From positions 352,001-416,000 of the forward strand of contig CAVYSY010000040.1 in assembly GCA_963771175.1 (NCBI GenBank): 64,000 nt of DNA, given 5' to 3'. The position numbers and the translations under genes were made by a program. The notes under the pieces were generated by a model that saw only the letters and a list, made by a program, of their open reading frames with translations, searched no databases and was not told the origin of the DNA. This DNA comes from an uncultured delta proteobacterium. Its GTDB lineage: Bacteria > Myxococcota > Myxococcia > Myxococcales > Myxococcaceae. Below are positions 48,348 to 58,933 of this stretch, piece by piece (position 1 is the first letter of the stretch; each line of letters begins with the position of its first letter).

Positions 48348-51041
48348 TTACAGGCCTCCCTCCATGTAGAGCTCGAGCCGGCCGTTCTCCGGGCGGCCCG
48401 CGTCGTTGTCCAATCGGGCGATCTCCAGCGGGCCGATGGGGATCATCCCCTGGGCGAGCTCGCCTTGCGGCGGCGTGCCCCAGCGTTGGAAGCGCTGGAC
48501 GTGGAGGGGCGGCGGGTTCGCGTTGCGGTTGTCGGTGAAGTCGAGCCAGGTGACGCCGGGCACCGCCATGGCGGTCGCGATGAGCTGGCTGAGGAGGACG
48601 GGCTGCCCGAACGTCCAGCGGTCGGGGTGGAAGAAGCCCTGGGTGCCGTTCGGCCGCACGGTGTTGCTGAACGCCTCCAGCAGCGCCTTGCGCACGGTGC
48701 TGCGCAGGTAGTCCTCGGCCACGTGCACGGAGAAGGCGATGTCCAGCGGGACGTAGCGCGGGCTCTCGATACGGACGTCGTGCCGGGTCATCCGGTAGCG
48801 CTCGAGGAACGCGATCAGCCGGGCGCGGAAGGCCTCGTCCACGGGGTAGCCGCCCACCCGCTCCACGAAGATGAAGACGGTGTGCCAGCTCCCGGTCCAG
48901 CGGAAGACGGCGGCCGCCTTCTCCACCTCCGGGTGTCGCTCCGCGATGGCGCCGTAGTCTGCCTCCGTCACCGCCCGCTCCTGCGTGCGGAAGGTGGTGG
49001 GGGCCAGCAGGCGGACCTCGGCGGCGCTCTGCGGCTCGCGACCCCCCACGCCAGGGAGCGGGTTGCGGACCCGGAGGATGCCCGTGTCGGGGTTCGTCTG
49101 GGGCAGCGGGCCAGCGTAGACAGCTCCCGGGAGCGGGAAGAACAGCACGTGGCGCAGCGCCTCGGCGCTGATGTTGCCGCGGCTGCCGTTGCCCACCCGG
49201 TACTGGGCGGCGAAGCGCGTGCCCGGGAGCGGGCGGCGGCCCTTGAGGTCGTCCCCGAAGCGCAGGGACGTCCGCTCCTGCTCGTCCACCTCCACCACGA
49301 ACTCGGAGGCGAAGCGGTCGCTCCCGAGCAGATCCCGGCGCGGGTACCAGCTCTCCCGCGCCGGGCCGCCGCTCTCCGCCGAATCCTCGGGCAGCTCCAG
49401 CAGCCGCACCGACGGCTGGACGTCGCGCAGCTCCCACTCGAGCGCGTGGGAGGCGGGGGCCTCCGGGTCCACCGGCACCAGCACGCCGCGTCGATCGCGG
49501 ACCCGGCCCTGCTGCGTCAGCGGCGCCTGGGCCAGGCGTGGCGCTTCGAGCTCCACGTTGTCCACCGTCAGGCGCTCCTCGGGAAGCACCGTCCGGCCAT
49601 GGTCCACGAGGATGACGTTGCCGCGCGCGACGCTGATCGGCAGCGGCCCCGAGCCGTCCCGGGCCGGCAGGGTGCCGAGCTCGAGGTCGAAGGCCAGCGC
49701 GTCGGCGTCCGACCAGCCCACCTCCGCCACCTGCAGCGGGTCGGGGTTGGGGGCGGCGAGCTCGTAGCGCTTCCCCGTGGCCTCGACGTAGAGCGGATCC
49801 GAGGTGTACGTCACCGACGTCAGCCGGACGACCTGCCGGCGATCCGGCCGGGCGTCCCGCTCCTCGCCCGTGACGGGGCCGCGGATCTCCTCGAGTAGCA
49901 GCAGATCCCCCACGGCGAGCTGGAGCCCGCCGTTCTTCTTGTTGCCGCCCGCGTTGCGCAGGGTGGCCTGCGTGGCGCCCCGGCGGAGGACGGTCGTCGC
50001 GTCGCCCCAGGTATAGAAGGGGATGGCGTTGCGCTCCTGGCGCAAGAGCGCGTCGTGCAGGGGCTCGAACACCTCCGCGCGCGTGGGCACGGAGGGATCG
50101 AACTGGCCGGCGCTCGCGGCGGGCGGCAAGGTGTCCACCGTGGTGAGAAACTGCACCACCACGTCCGGTCCCGGAAACAGGTACAGCGGAGCATTTTCGG
50201 GCGTGGGGCCCACCTCCAACGCGACGAACGTCCGCGCGTTGCAGCCGTCGTGCATGAGGTAGTCGAGCAGGCGGGCGTGGCGGCGGACGGAGATGCGCCG
50301 GCGCGCGGTGCCGAGGTACGCCTCGGTCGCGACCGCGTCCTGGTAGTAGCTGAGGTAGTCTCCCGCGGCGGCCAACGTCTCCACGAGCGTGATGCCCAGA
50401 TCCGATGGGTTGCGCTCCGTCCAGTCCGGCAGCAGCGTGGACATCCGGTCCAGCATCAAGCGGCGGAAGCTGGCGTAGTCCTTGGCGAGGTAGTCGATCT
50501 CCGGCTCCTCGGCCACGGCCCTCGCCGGGGCCGGGGTGGGGCCGCAGTCGAACTCGCTCTCGTCCACCTGGAAGGAGAAGTCCACCGTCTGGAGCTGGCG
50601 GTCGATGAGCGTGTCGGGCGGGGAGGTGAGGGCCAGGGTGTACGTGGCCAGATCGCCGCGGGTCCAGGTCCGGACCACGAGCACGCGGTCGGGCACGTCC
50701 GTACCGAGCTGGCCGCGCTTCTGGAAGTACGCCGAGAGCGCCTGCTTCTGGGACGCATTCCATCCCGGCGGCCAGCCCCCGCCCGCGAGCAGCGCGGTGG
50801 CGGGGGCGGTCCACTGGACGGCGACGCTCGTGAGCCGGCCGCCGCCCCGGATGGACACCAGGCCGGGCGCGATGGAGGTCAGCCCCACCGCCTTCAGCAT
50901 GTAGACGAGCAGGGTACCGCTCGTGTCGTTCTGGGCCGCGGGCGGCAGCAACTCGAGGAAGTCGATGCCGTTGACCACCTGCTGGCTCTCGCGGACCTGG
51001 TGGCGACGCGCCTCGCTCCCGGAGGTGTAGACGGTGCCCAT
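48348..51041 (-). CDS. eCIS baseplate J-like assembly protein (Afp11-like)
   Basis: IDYLAKDYASFRRLMLDR, YYQDAVATEAYL.TARRR, GNVILVDHG, FGD, YRVGNG..GN, RAVTEADY. Confidence 0.9.
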   Translation of the reverse strand: MGTVYTSGSEARRHQVRESQQVVNGIDFLELLPPAAQNDTSGTLLVYMLKAVGLTSIAPGLVSIRGGGRLTSVAVQWTAPATALLAGGGWPPGWNASQKQALSAYFQKRGQLGTDVPDRVLVVRTWTRGDLATYTLALTSPPDTLIDRQLQTVDFSFQVDESEFDCGPTPAPARAVAEEPEIDYLAKDYASFRRLMLDRMSTLLPDWTERNPSDLGITLVETLAAAGDYLSYYQDAVATEAYLGTARRRISVRRHARLLDYLMHDGCNARTFVALEVGPTPENAPLYLFPGPDVVVQFLTTVDTLPPAASAGQFDPSVPTRAEVFEPLHDALLRQERNAIPFYTWGDATTVLRRGATQATLRNAGGNKKNGGLQLAVGDLLLLEEIRGPVTGEERDARPDRRQVVRLTSVTYTSDPLYVEATGKRYELAAPNPDPLQVAEVGWSDADALAFDLELGTLPARDGSGPLPISVARGNVILVDHGRTVLPEERLTVDNVELEAPRLAQAPLTQQGRVRDRRGVLVPVDPEAPASHALEWELRDVQPSVRLLELPEDSAESGGPARESWYPRRDLLGSDRFASEFVVEVDEQERTSLRFGDDLKGRRPLPGTRFAAQYRVGNGSRGNISAEALRHVLFFPLPGAVYAGPLPQTNPDTGILRVRNPLPGVGGREPQSAAEVRLLAPTTFRTQERAVTEADYGAIAERHPEVEKAAAVFRWTGSWHTVFIFVERVGGYPVDEAFRARLIAFLERYRMTRHDVRIESPRYVPLDIAFSVHVAEDYLRSTVRKALLEAFSNTVRPNGTQGFFHPDRWTFGQPVLLSQLIATAMAVPGVTWLDFTDNRNANPPPLHVQRFQRWGTPPQGELAQGMIPIGPLEIARLDNDAGRPENGRLELYMEGGL

Positions 51042-51042
51042 G

Positions 51043-51402
51043 TCAGGCCTCACGGGTGAACTGCGCGACCTGTCGCTGCTGGGTGCGCCGGACCACGTAC
51101 TGCACCGTCACCTGGAGGGTCGATTCCATCGCCTGCGCCTCCACCGCGGTCACCTGGATGACGTCCCCCAACCACTGCTGCAGCGCGCCCTGCAGCATGA
51201 ACTGCGTGGCCGAGGCGATCTCGTCGTTCCCCGGGGAGAACACCAGCTGCCGGATGGCCGAGCCAAACGTGGGCCGGTTGATCCGCTCGCCCGGCGCGGT
51301 GAACAGGAGCTGCTCGATGAGCTGCCGGATATGGGCGTCGTCGTCCGCGCCGGCCGTGCGCCCGCGCCCGTCGATCCGGAAGGGAAAGCCGAAGTTCGCC
51401 AT
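51043..51402 (-). CDS. GPW/gp25-family baseplate protein (Afp9-like)
   Basis: FPFRID..G...HIRQLIEQLLFTAPGERINRPTFGS. Confidence 0.92.
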   Translation of the reverse strand: MANFGFPFRIDGRGRTAGADDDAHIRQLIEQLLFTAPGERINRPTFGSAIRQLVFSPGNDEIASATQFMLQGALQQWLGDVIQVTAVEAQAMESTLQVTVQYVVRRTQQRQVAQFTREA

Positions 51403-51722
51403 CACATCCCCCTGACCCGCACCTGCGTGGCGATCACCGTCAGCGGGGTGCCGTTGGGCACGCAGATCGCCTGACTGTCCTGGAGCAGCACCGGCTGGCC
51501 GTTGGAGCGCACCCGCGTCGCCGCCACCGTCCACTGGGCGGTGACGCACGGGCTGGGGGCGCCGCTGACGTTGAACGCGCAGCCGCTCACCGAGTACGTG
51601 CTCGACTGCACGACCGTGAGCTGGCCGCTCACCTTGACCCGCGGGTTCGGCACCATGGGCTGGGCCTGGCCGGCGTGCGCGCAGATCACCGTGGCTCCGG
51701 CGTGGAGCAGGAAGCCGGGCAT
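51402..51722 (-). CDS. PAAR-like spike tip (DUF4280-type)
   Basis: [10 protein letters not shown]...CAF...PC...NGQPVLL...C; lies between the gpV and gp25 genes. Confidence 0.75.
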   Translation of the reverse strand: MPGFLLHAGATVICAHAGQAQPMVPNPRVKVSGQLTVVQSSTYSVSGCAFNVSGAPSPCVTAQWTVAATRVRSNGQPVLLQDSQAICVPNGTPLTVIATQVRVRGM

Positions 51723-52221
51723 CACATCACCTCCAGGGCGCCGTCGTTGAGGTTCACGCTCGCGGGGGTCAGCTTCACCTTCGCGGCGCCGTTGGACAGC
51801 TCGATCCCGGACGCGTCCAGGACGATCTTGAGCGGCGTCGCCACCACGGGTGGCGAAACCTCCAGGGTGACCCCGCCGGCGCCGGGCAGCTCGCTTACCG
51901 TCAGCGTGATGCCCTGCGTCTTGAAGACCTTCATCTCCGCGATGGCCGGCTGCGCGGGGACCTCGCCCTGGCCCCAGAAGCAGCCGCTCCAGATGGGGTA
52001 GTCGGGATCGCCCCGCCTCGAACTCGACCCACACGTTGGCTCCGACGGGCGGCAGCATGAAGAACCCCACGCCACTGCCCGCGAACGGCACGCACGGCAG
52101 AGCCCAGCTCGAGCGTCCCGTCGCCCAGCACCGCGGGGGCGCTGACCTGCAGGCGCCCCAGCATCATCGGGTCGACGTTGTTCTCGACCTTGCCGCGATA
52201 CTTTCCGTAATAGCGATTCAT
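51722..52221 (-). CDS. Baseplate assembly protein V/gp5 OB-fold spike; frameshifted
   Basis: [48 protein letters not shown]. Confidence 0.9.
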
Positions 52222-53370
52222 GGGAACACCACCGGAGTCGTGGAGCCGTAGCCTTCGCGGATCAGGGTGAAGCGCTGCTTGTAATCACCCCGCCGGATCG
52301 AATGTGACACGCGCTTGACGTAATAGAGGCCGTCGTGGAGGTAGCCCACCCCGCGGACCCCGACGAGGCCCCGCGGCTGGAGCAGCGCGCCGTAGCGCAG
52401 TGCGTCGAGCTCGCCGGAGGCCGTGAGCACCCGATCCGCCGAGGCGTCCGTGCGTCCCTGGGCGCGCGCGAGCGCCTGGGTGTAGGTGAGCCCGCCGGTG
52501 TTGTCGAGCGGCTGCTTGCGGACGTTGGGTTGCTGCACCAGCACCGCCGGCATCGCCGCCAGGGGGGGCAGGCGCAGGGTCGCGAACGTCTGGTAGGGCA
52601 TGGACTGGTTGAACTGCCGGTCCTGGACGTTGCCCGCGACGGTGGTCTGCTCCAGGGCGTTGTATTGGAAGCTGGATGGAGTCCACGTTCGTCGCCGCGC
52701 CCATGTTCACCGAGAGCGCCGGCTGCGGCGGAGCGAAGCGCTTCGGCGGCCCCCACCAGGCGGTGTTCGTCATCGGGGCGGGCCCCGGGGCGACGTAGAA
52801 GACGTAGCCGTGCCGGGCGGCCAGCTCGCGCAGGAAGCCGAGGTCCGTGTCCGCGCTGGATCGGCGTCCGCTCGATCGGCAGCGGCGGATCGATCACGAC
52901 GGTCGGCGGCATCACCATGGGGATGAGACCGTACTGGGCGTAGCTGCCGATCAGCTTGAGGGCGATGACCGTCTCGTCCTGGGCCGGGTGCTCGGCCTGC
53001 TTCTGCTCCAGGTCCATCATCACGCTGACGTCCTCCCCGGTCAGCGTCAGGCGCGACTCGCCCGGCTCGGCTTCCGGGGGAGAACTGCACGTCGGTGATC
53101 ACCCCGTCCATCAGCACCTGGGGCATCAGGTTGAACGTCACCACGAGCACGACGCGGTTGAAGGGCTTGAACAAGCGGGTTCGCCAGCAGCGGGTACTCG
53201 AGGAGCGTCGCCCTGCCCGGAGCGGCCCACCTGGAAGGTGAGCTGGAACCCGGAGCGCCCCTCGTCGCCGTGGGACACCTCGACGGCTCTCCAGCGCCTC
53301 CACCACGGGCAGCGGGGACCGGCACCGCGACCGTCGGGCCCATCATCATGGTCAGGTGCACACCCAGCAC
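52218..53370 (-). CDS. VgrG/gp27-like hub protein (late control D-like); several frameshifts
   Basis: RSGFQLTF, LMDGVIT, GEDVSVMMDL, ELDALRYGALL, VGVRGVG...DGLYYVKRVSH...YKQRFTL.REG. Confidence 0.75.
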
Positions 53371-53378
53371 GGCTCACC

Positions 53379-53674
53379 TCAGGCTGCGGCATCGGGATCG
53401 CGGAGCGATCCGCTCCGGTCTCTTCCAGCAGCTCGAACGGGCTCAGGGCGTTGTTCGCGTCGCAGATGCGCCAGAACAGCTCCGGGTCGCCGATGGTGCG
53501 GGTGGCGAGCAGATCGAGGCGCTCGTTCTGGGCGGGGATCACCTCGCTCAAGGTGAGCGGCTCCGAGGCGAGAGGGCACGAAGCGGCGGCGCTTGTAGGC
53601 GCTCAGCCGGCCATCCGGCAGTCGTCGAACGTCGCCGTCTCGAGGCTGTAGTAACGACTCTTCGCGTCGAACAT
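53379..53674 (-). CDS. LysM-like small baseplate protein; frameshifted
   Basis: MFDAKSRY...Y.RRRF...ERLDLLATRTIGDPELFWRICDAN. Confidence 0.75.
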
Positions 53675-53682
53675 GCGGCACC

Positions 53683-54336
53683 TCAGAACAGTCGGGTGTT
53701 TCCGCCCAGCGCCCGGGACAGATTGCCGGCGCTCTCCACCGTCGCCATGGCTTCCTTCACGACCTGGTGGGCGAGGAAGAGGGCGTAGCCCGGGTGCGTC
53801 AGGGGCAGATCGCTGTAGGTCAGCACGCGCAGCGACAGCGAGACGCGGGCGCGCAGCGGATTGAGGTTGTTGTCGTAGGCCTCCTCGGTGATGGAGAAGT
53901 CGGAGATGCGGACCGGCAGCACGCGCCGGCTCCCCCAGATGAAGAGGGTGAGGGGCGCCATGGGCGGGACGATCTCCAGGGTGCCCACCGCCATCAGGAT
54001 GCTGTTGGCGATGACGAGCGAGCTCTTCGGATAGAGCAGCATCTCCAGCGCGGCGAGCTTGGGGTGGATGCCCGCGGACGTGGCGACGGGGTCTCCGGTC
54101 TCGAGCTGCTCGGTGGCATCGAACTCGACGTCGAGCTTGATGGTTTCGACGGGCGCGCCGTTCAGGCGCAGGGCTTCGGGGCGGGCCCCGTTGTCGCTGG
54201 GGCCCTGCGCCTGGAGCGAACGCGTGAGGGTGTCGGGGTTGTATTGGAACAGGATGGTGCTGGGGACGGGGTTGAAGACGTCCACCGAGACGAGGGCACC
54301 CCGCAGCATCCGCGGCGAACGGGACGAGGAGGTCAT
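53683..54336 (-). CDS. CIS tube initiator (Afp7 N-terminal-like)
   Basis: FQYNPDTLTR, LFIWG.RRVLPV, ITEEAYD..LNPLRARVSLSL. Confidence 0.85.
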   Translation of the reverse strand: MTSSSRSPRMLRGALVSVDVFNPVPSTILFQYNPDTLTRSLQAQGPSDNGARPEALRLNGAPVETIKLDVEFDATEQLETGDPVATSAGIHPKLAALEMLLYPKSSLVIANSILMAVGTLEIVPPMAPLTLFIWGSRRVLPVRISDFSITEEAYDNNLNPLRARVSLSLRVLTYSDLPLTHPGYALFLAHQVVKEAMATVESAGNLSRALGGNTRLF

Positions 54337-54337
54337 G

Positions 54338-54595
54338 TCACTTCCACCCTTGATGGATGGCCCGCGCCACGCTCTGGCCGAGCTGCGCCGGCCGCGCTTC
54401 CGGCGCGAGGGTGATCGGCCCGGGGGCGACCCGCGCGGCGAGCTCCGGCCGGGCCAGCAGCGTGGAGATTCCCTCGCGGGCGACGAGCGCCTGCAGCTCG
54501 CGCTGGAGCGCGTCCGCCACCGCGTGCCGGTCGGCGGGATCCACGCCGTGCAGCACCAGCTCCTCGATGTGGATCTCGATCTGCCTCGGTGTCAT
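54338..54595 (-). CDS. Small conserved eCIS protein
   Basis: IEIHIEELVLHG...LQRELQAL...LGQSVARAIH; start overlaps the ATPase stop. Confidence 0.7.
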   Translation of the reverse strand: MTPRQIEIHIEELVLHGVDPADRHAVADALQRELQALVAREGISTLLARPELAARVAPGPITLAPEARPAQLGQSVARAIHQGWK

Positions 54596-56547
54596 AGCCA
54601 TCCGGCCACCTCCGCATCGGTCAGGGGCTTGTCGAGCTTGGCGTACTCCATGCGGGTGGCCCGGAGCAGGTGGGCCATGCCGACGGGGGCCGCCCTCGGC
54701 GGCGGCCATGAAGGCGGCGTTGAGGGCGATGTTGCGGATGTTGCCGCCCGCGATGTTCAGCGCGCGCCAGGCGTGCGTAGTCCAGGCCGTCCAGCGGTGT
54801 TCGCCTGCGGGAAGACGCGCCGCCAGATCTCCTGCGCGCTGCACCGCGTCCGGGAACGGGAACTGCACCACGAAGCGCAGGCGGCGCATGAAGGCCAGAT
54901 CCAGCGCGCTCTTGAAGTTCGTCGTGAGGATGGCCAGCCCGCGGTAGGCCTCCATCCGCTGCAGCAGGTAGCTCACCTCGAGGTTGGCGTAGCGGTCGTG
55001 GCTGTCCTTCACCTCGCTGCGCTTGCCGAAGAGCGCGTCCGCCTCGTCGAAGAGCAGGATGCGCCCCGCCCTCGTCGGCGGCGTCGAAGATCGCGGCGCA
55101 GGTTCTTCTCCGTCTCGCCGATGTACTTGCTCACGACCTGGCTGAGATCGATGCGGTAGAGATCGAGCTCGCAGCTCGGCCGCCAGCACCTCGGCGGCCA
55201 TCGTCTTGCCGGTGCCGCTCGGCCCGGCGAAGAGGGCGCTGATGCCCAGGCCGCGGCGCGTGCGGTCGGCGAAGCCCCAGGTGTCGTAGACGCGGCCGCG
55301 CTGGCGGACGTGGGCGACGATCTCCCGGAGCAGCTGCGTCCTGCGGCTCGGGCAGGACGAGGTCGTCCCAGGTCGCGCAGGGCCTCGATGCGCTGCGCGA
55401 GATCCTCCAGCCGCGGGCGCGACTGGCTCCGGCAGGCGGCCCAGAGCGCCTGCTCCAGCCGGAGCGCTGGGCCGGAGGCCGCGATCGCCGAGGCGGTCGC
55501 GGCTTGAATCGCGGTGGGCCCCAGGTGGAACTGGGTGGCGAGCTCGTCGATTCGCTCCTCCAACCCGGTGGCGGCCGTCCCCAGGTACCGCCGCCACAGG
55601 AGGCGTCCCTCCTCGGCGCGCGGCGGCTCCAGCTCGAGGCGGACGCTCGCGCGCCCGTCCAGGTGAAGCGCCGTCCGGGCACCGAGTACGAGGGGACAGC
55701 GGAGCGCCTGGGCCAGGAGGGTGGCGGCGCGCCGGAGCTCCGGCGTCTCGTCCTCCGGCCACTCCAGGAGCAGGAGGCCGTTGGACAGGAGCGCCTCGCG
55801 CTCCCACAGCCGCTGTAGCCACACGAGCTCCTGGTGATTCGTGGGCAGGCCCGCCGGCCGCAGCCGGAGCAGGGTCATCCCGATCCGCCGGGCGGCTTCG
55901 GCCGTGATGGCGGCGCGCTGGACCCGATCCCCGCCGCACAGCAGCGCCACGGGCCGGAGGGCCGGAAGCGCGGAGGACCAGAGGGCCGCGAGCCGCTCGA
56001 TCACGGGCTCGTGGGAGGGCGCCAGCTCGCCCTCGCCGCTCGCGGGCTCGGCGGAGCTCTCGAGCCGGGCGTCCAAACCCTCCAGGCCGACGAGGTAATG
56101 CAACACCCGCTCTTCGATCCGCAGCGGGCTCTGCATCAGGCTCTCTCCGGGCCCCACCTCCACGAGCCGCCAGCGCCGCAGCGGCGCGGCGGGGACGAGC
56201 GCGCTCCAGTGGGCCTTCGGCAGCAGGGTCATGCTCAGGCCGAAGGTGGGATGGATCCGCCGGGGATCTCCGTTCGCCTGGGCGATCAGGCCGGGCAGGC
56301 TCCCGTCCAGCTCCACCGCGGCGCAGAACAGCAGGATGGACCGCTCGAAGGGCGAGAGCCCGAGGACGCGGGTGAGCCGATCGAGGTTGGAGACGAAGCC
56401 GGGCGCGTGCGCCTCCGGGGGCGGATCGATCGCGGGCGCGCTCCCCGCCGGCGCCAGGTGACGCTCCAGATGGCCGCGCAACGCCTGGAGCTCCACCACC
56501 AGGTAGCGCTGGTTCTCCTCGTGCCAGGTCCCCTCGGGGCGGGTCAT
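54592..56547 (-). CDS. eCIS AAA+ ATPase (Afp15-like); several frameshifts
   Basis: GLSPFER, PLRRWRL, Walker A GPSGTGKT, DLSQVVSKYIGETEKNL, Walker B LLFDEAD, DRYANLEVSYLLQRME. Confidence 0.9.
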
Positions 56548-57788
56548 AGGATCTCCAGCGTGGGCCCGGTGAAGGAGGGGGGCGTCGTGGTCTTGTCGAC
56601 GATGAGGCTGTCCACGCCGTCCACGCGCAGCCGAGGCCGATACGTCCCGGCGCCGAGCCCCACGAGCTTGAACTGCAGCGTGGCCGTCTGCTTCGTGAAC
56701 GCGGCGGGCTTGAGCTCGCGATTGCCCACGAGCAGGGAGACGCGCTGGCCGGGCAGGACCTGGGGCGAGACGCCGACGGTCAGCGCGAGGGTGCCGCTCT
56801 GATCCAACTTCCCGGAGGCCGGATGGATCGAGGTGATGGAGGGGGCCAGCGAGAAGGTGAGCTCGTTGGTGAAGACCTCTGGCTCGCCGAGCCGGCGGGT
56901 GATGCCCAGGGAGAGCGTGTACATGCCCGCGGGAAGGTTGGCCTCCGCGTCCTTGCCGGCGGGGAGCAGGAAGGAAACGCCGCGAGCCGAGAGCGCGCTC
57001 GGGCCGAGGTAGCGAGCGTCGCTCCACCGGCTGTGCGTGATGGCGACGCGAACCTGCTCTCCCGCCAGGAGGTGGCCGTTGAGCTTCAGGAGCTCGCCCA
57101 GGCGGACGCTCGCCTGCCGAGCCGGAGGCGCGAGCGACTCGAGGCCCGGCGTCACCGGCTCGAGGTCCGATTGCACGGAGACGCCGGAATTGCCGGAGCC
57201 CACTGTGAGGACGGGCAGCGGCGCGCGGACGGAGCGGGAGCTATCGATGAGCACCACCGAGACCTGCCAGGCCACCGAGATGTTGTAGGGCTTCTGGAAC
57301 ATGCTCCAGAGCTTCGACATCTCCTCCACCGAGAGCGTGTGGGGGACGAGGCGGATCCGCTCCACCTGCTCGTGGACGTCCGAGTGGAGCAGGGCGGCCT
57401 GGAGCTCTTTGGCGCCGAGGACGGCGTGATCGTGCAGGACGCTGAGCGCGCGGCCGAGGAGGCGGTGGGCCTCGACACCGTCGTTGTTGGGCGCGTAGGC
57501 GGTGAGCAGGTAGTAGAGGTCGAGCGCGAGCGGGGGGAAGCCCGTCTCGCCGTTCTTCACCTGGCGGGGGAGAACCTCGTTGCGCCACGCCGCGTTCGGG
57601 ACGGCCTGGTAGAGGAACAGGTTGATCTGATCGTGGTTCTCCAGGGACGGCGGGCGCGCCTGATCGGGAGGGCTGAGGGTGACGTTGAGCTCGTAACTGA
57701 AGCCTCCCGGCGAGCTGTTCTGGAGGCCATTGAGGAGCAATTGCCGGAGGGTCGCGGTCACGGCGGCGATGGCCAGGTAGTTGCTCAC
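56544..57788 (-). CDS. DUF4255/Pvc16-like cap (tail terminator) protein with C-terminal Ig-like domains
   Basis: MSNYLAIAAVT.TL, NLFLYQ..PN..WRN, PPLALDLYYLLTAY, LRVDGVDS. Confidence 0.85.
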   Translation of the reverse strand: MSNYLAIAAVTATLRQLLLNGLQNSSPGGFSYELNVTLSPPDQARPPSLENHDQINLFLYQAVPNAAWRNEVLPRQVKNGETGFPPLALDLYYLLTAYAPNNDGVEAHRLLGRALSVLHDHAVLGAKELQAALLHSDVHEQVERIRLVPHTLSVEEMSKLWSMFQKPYNISVAWQVSVVLIDSSRSVRAPLPVLTVGSGNSGVSVQSDLEPVTPGLESLAPPARQASVRLGELLKLNGHLLAGEQVRVAITHSRWSDARYLGPSALSARGVSFLLPAGKDAEANLPAGMYTLSLGITRRLGEPEVFTNELTFSLAPSITSIHPASGKLDQSGTLALTVGVSPQVLPGQRVSLLVGNRELKPAAFTKQTATLQFKLVGLGAGTYRPRLRVDGVDSLIVDKTTTPPSFTGPTLEIL

Positions 57789-58933
57789 GGCTCACCTCCC
57801 CGCCGTCGCTTGAGGTAGGCCTCGAGCGACATGCCCGGTGACGGTCGCGGTGTCGGCTTCTGCGGCGCGGGGGCACTGGGCCGCGTGGCCCGGACCTCGA
57901 GCCGGCCGATGGTGATCCGGACGACGGGCGGCTCCGCCGAGGTGGCCTGGGGTTTGGGCGCGGCGGGCGGGGCGTCGGAAGGCCTCGGCGCGGCGGGCGA
58001 ATGGGGAGCGCCGGAGAGCGCGGCCTCGGGAGGCCCCGCCTGCCGGGGGCGCAACGGAGGCCCGGACCTCGTCTCGCGCGCGGGAGGGAGCGCCCGCGTC
58101 GCCCCGGAGTCTTCTGGAGCGGTGAGGGGACTCGGCGAGGCCGGCTTCGGTGGGGGCGCCTCCTCGCGCGGCGGATGGAGCGATGCGCGCTCCAGCGGAG
58201 GCTGGGACACGAGAGGGGCGGCCCCGCGCGGCTCCGGCGACAGGCGCGGCTGCGGATCGACGCGCATTGACCGTTCCGGCTCCCTCGCCGCCAGGGAGTG
58301 TTGCTCGTCGCGCGTTGGAGGGGGGGGCACGTCCGCGGCCGCGACCCGGTTGTCCCCGTGAAGGAGAGCGCCCGCGTGTGGCGCGCCGGGCACCCCGCCA
58401 GAGCCCGACGCGGCGCGCACCTCGCTCGTGAGTCGCGGCTCGAGCGCCGGTGCTTGGGAGCGGGCGGGTTCCGCTGCCCACCGGCCCTCCGAGCCGCCAT
58501 CCTCTCCCGGAGCCTGGGCTCCCGGATGAGGCGCTTCACCCCGAGTGGGCGGAGTCGGCCGCGTCTGCCGCGCTGGCGGCCGTGCCTCCGGCGTGGGGGC
58601 GGCCCCGCGAGGTATTTCATCCACCGAGGGGACCCCCGCCTCGAGCCCGACGCGTGGCGCTCCCGGCGTGAGGGCGGGCCCGCGAGGCGCGGCGTCGACC
58701 GGAGGGGCACTCGCTTCGACGTGCTGCTCCCGAAGTACCTCGTCCCCGGCCGTCGGCTCGGCGCGGAGCGACAGACCCAGGGAGGGCATCTCCGGCAGAA
58801 TCGCCGGGGACGACGCGTTCTCGAGCGAGGCCGCGTCCGCACCGAGCGGCTCGAAGCGGCTGGGCAGACGAGGGCGGAGTGGAGGCGCTCCCTCTCGCGA
58901 GGGGTTGAGCAAGCGGGTCAGGAAGTCGCTCAT
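57785..58933 (-). CDS. Pro/Ala-rich, probably disordered eCIS protein with structured-looking termini
   Basis: MSDFLTRLL...LRPRLPSRFEP N-terminus; PVVRITIGRLEVRA...SLEAYLKRR C-terminus; overlaps both neighbours by 4 bp. Confidence 0.7.
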   Translation of the reverse strand: MSDFLTRLLNPSREGAPPLRPRLPSRFEPLGADAASLENASSPAILPEMPSLGLSLRAEPTAGDEVLREQHVEASAPPVDAAPRGPALTPGAPRVGLEAGVPSVDEIPRGAAPTPEARPPARQTRPTPPTRGEAPHPGAQAPGEDGGSEGRWAAEPARSQAPALEPRLTSEVRAASGSGGVPGAPHAGALLHGDNRVAAADVPPPPTRDEQHSLAAREPERSMRVDPQPRLSPEPRGAAPLVSQPPLERASLHPPREEAPPPKPASPSPLTAPEDSGATRALPPARETRSGPPLRPRQAGPPEAALSGAPHSPAAPRPSDAPPAAPKPQATSAEPPVVRITIGRLEVRATRPSAPAPQKPTPRPSPGMSLEAYLKRRRGGEP

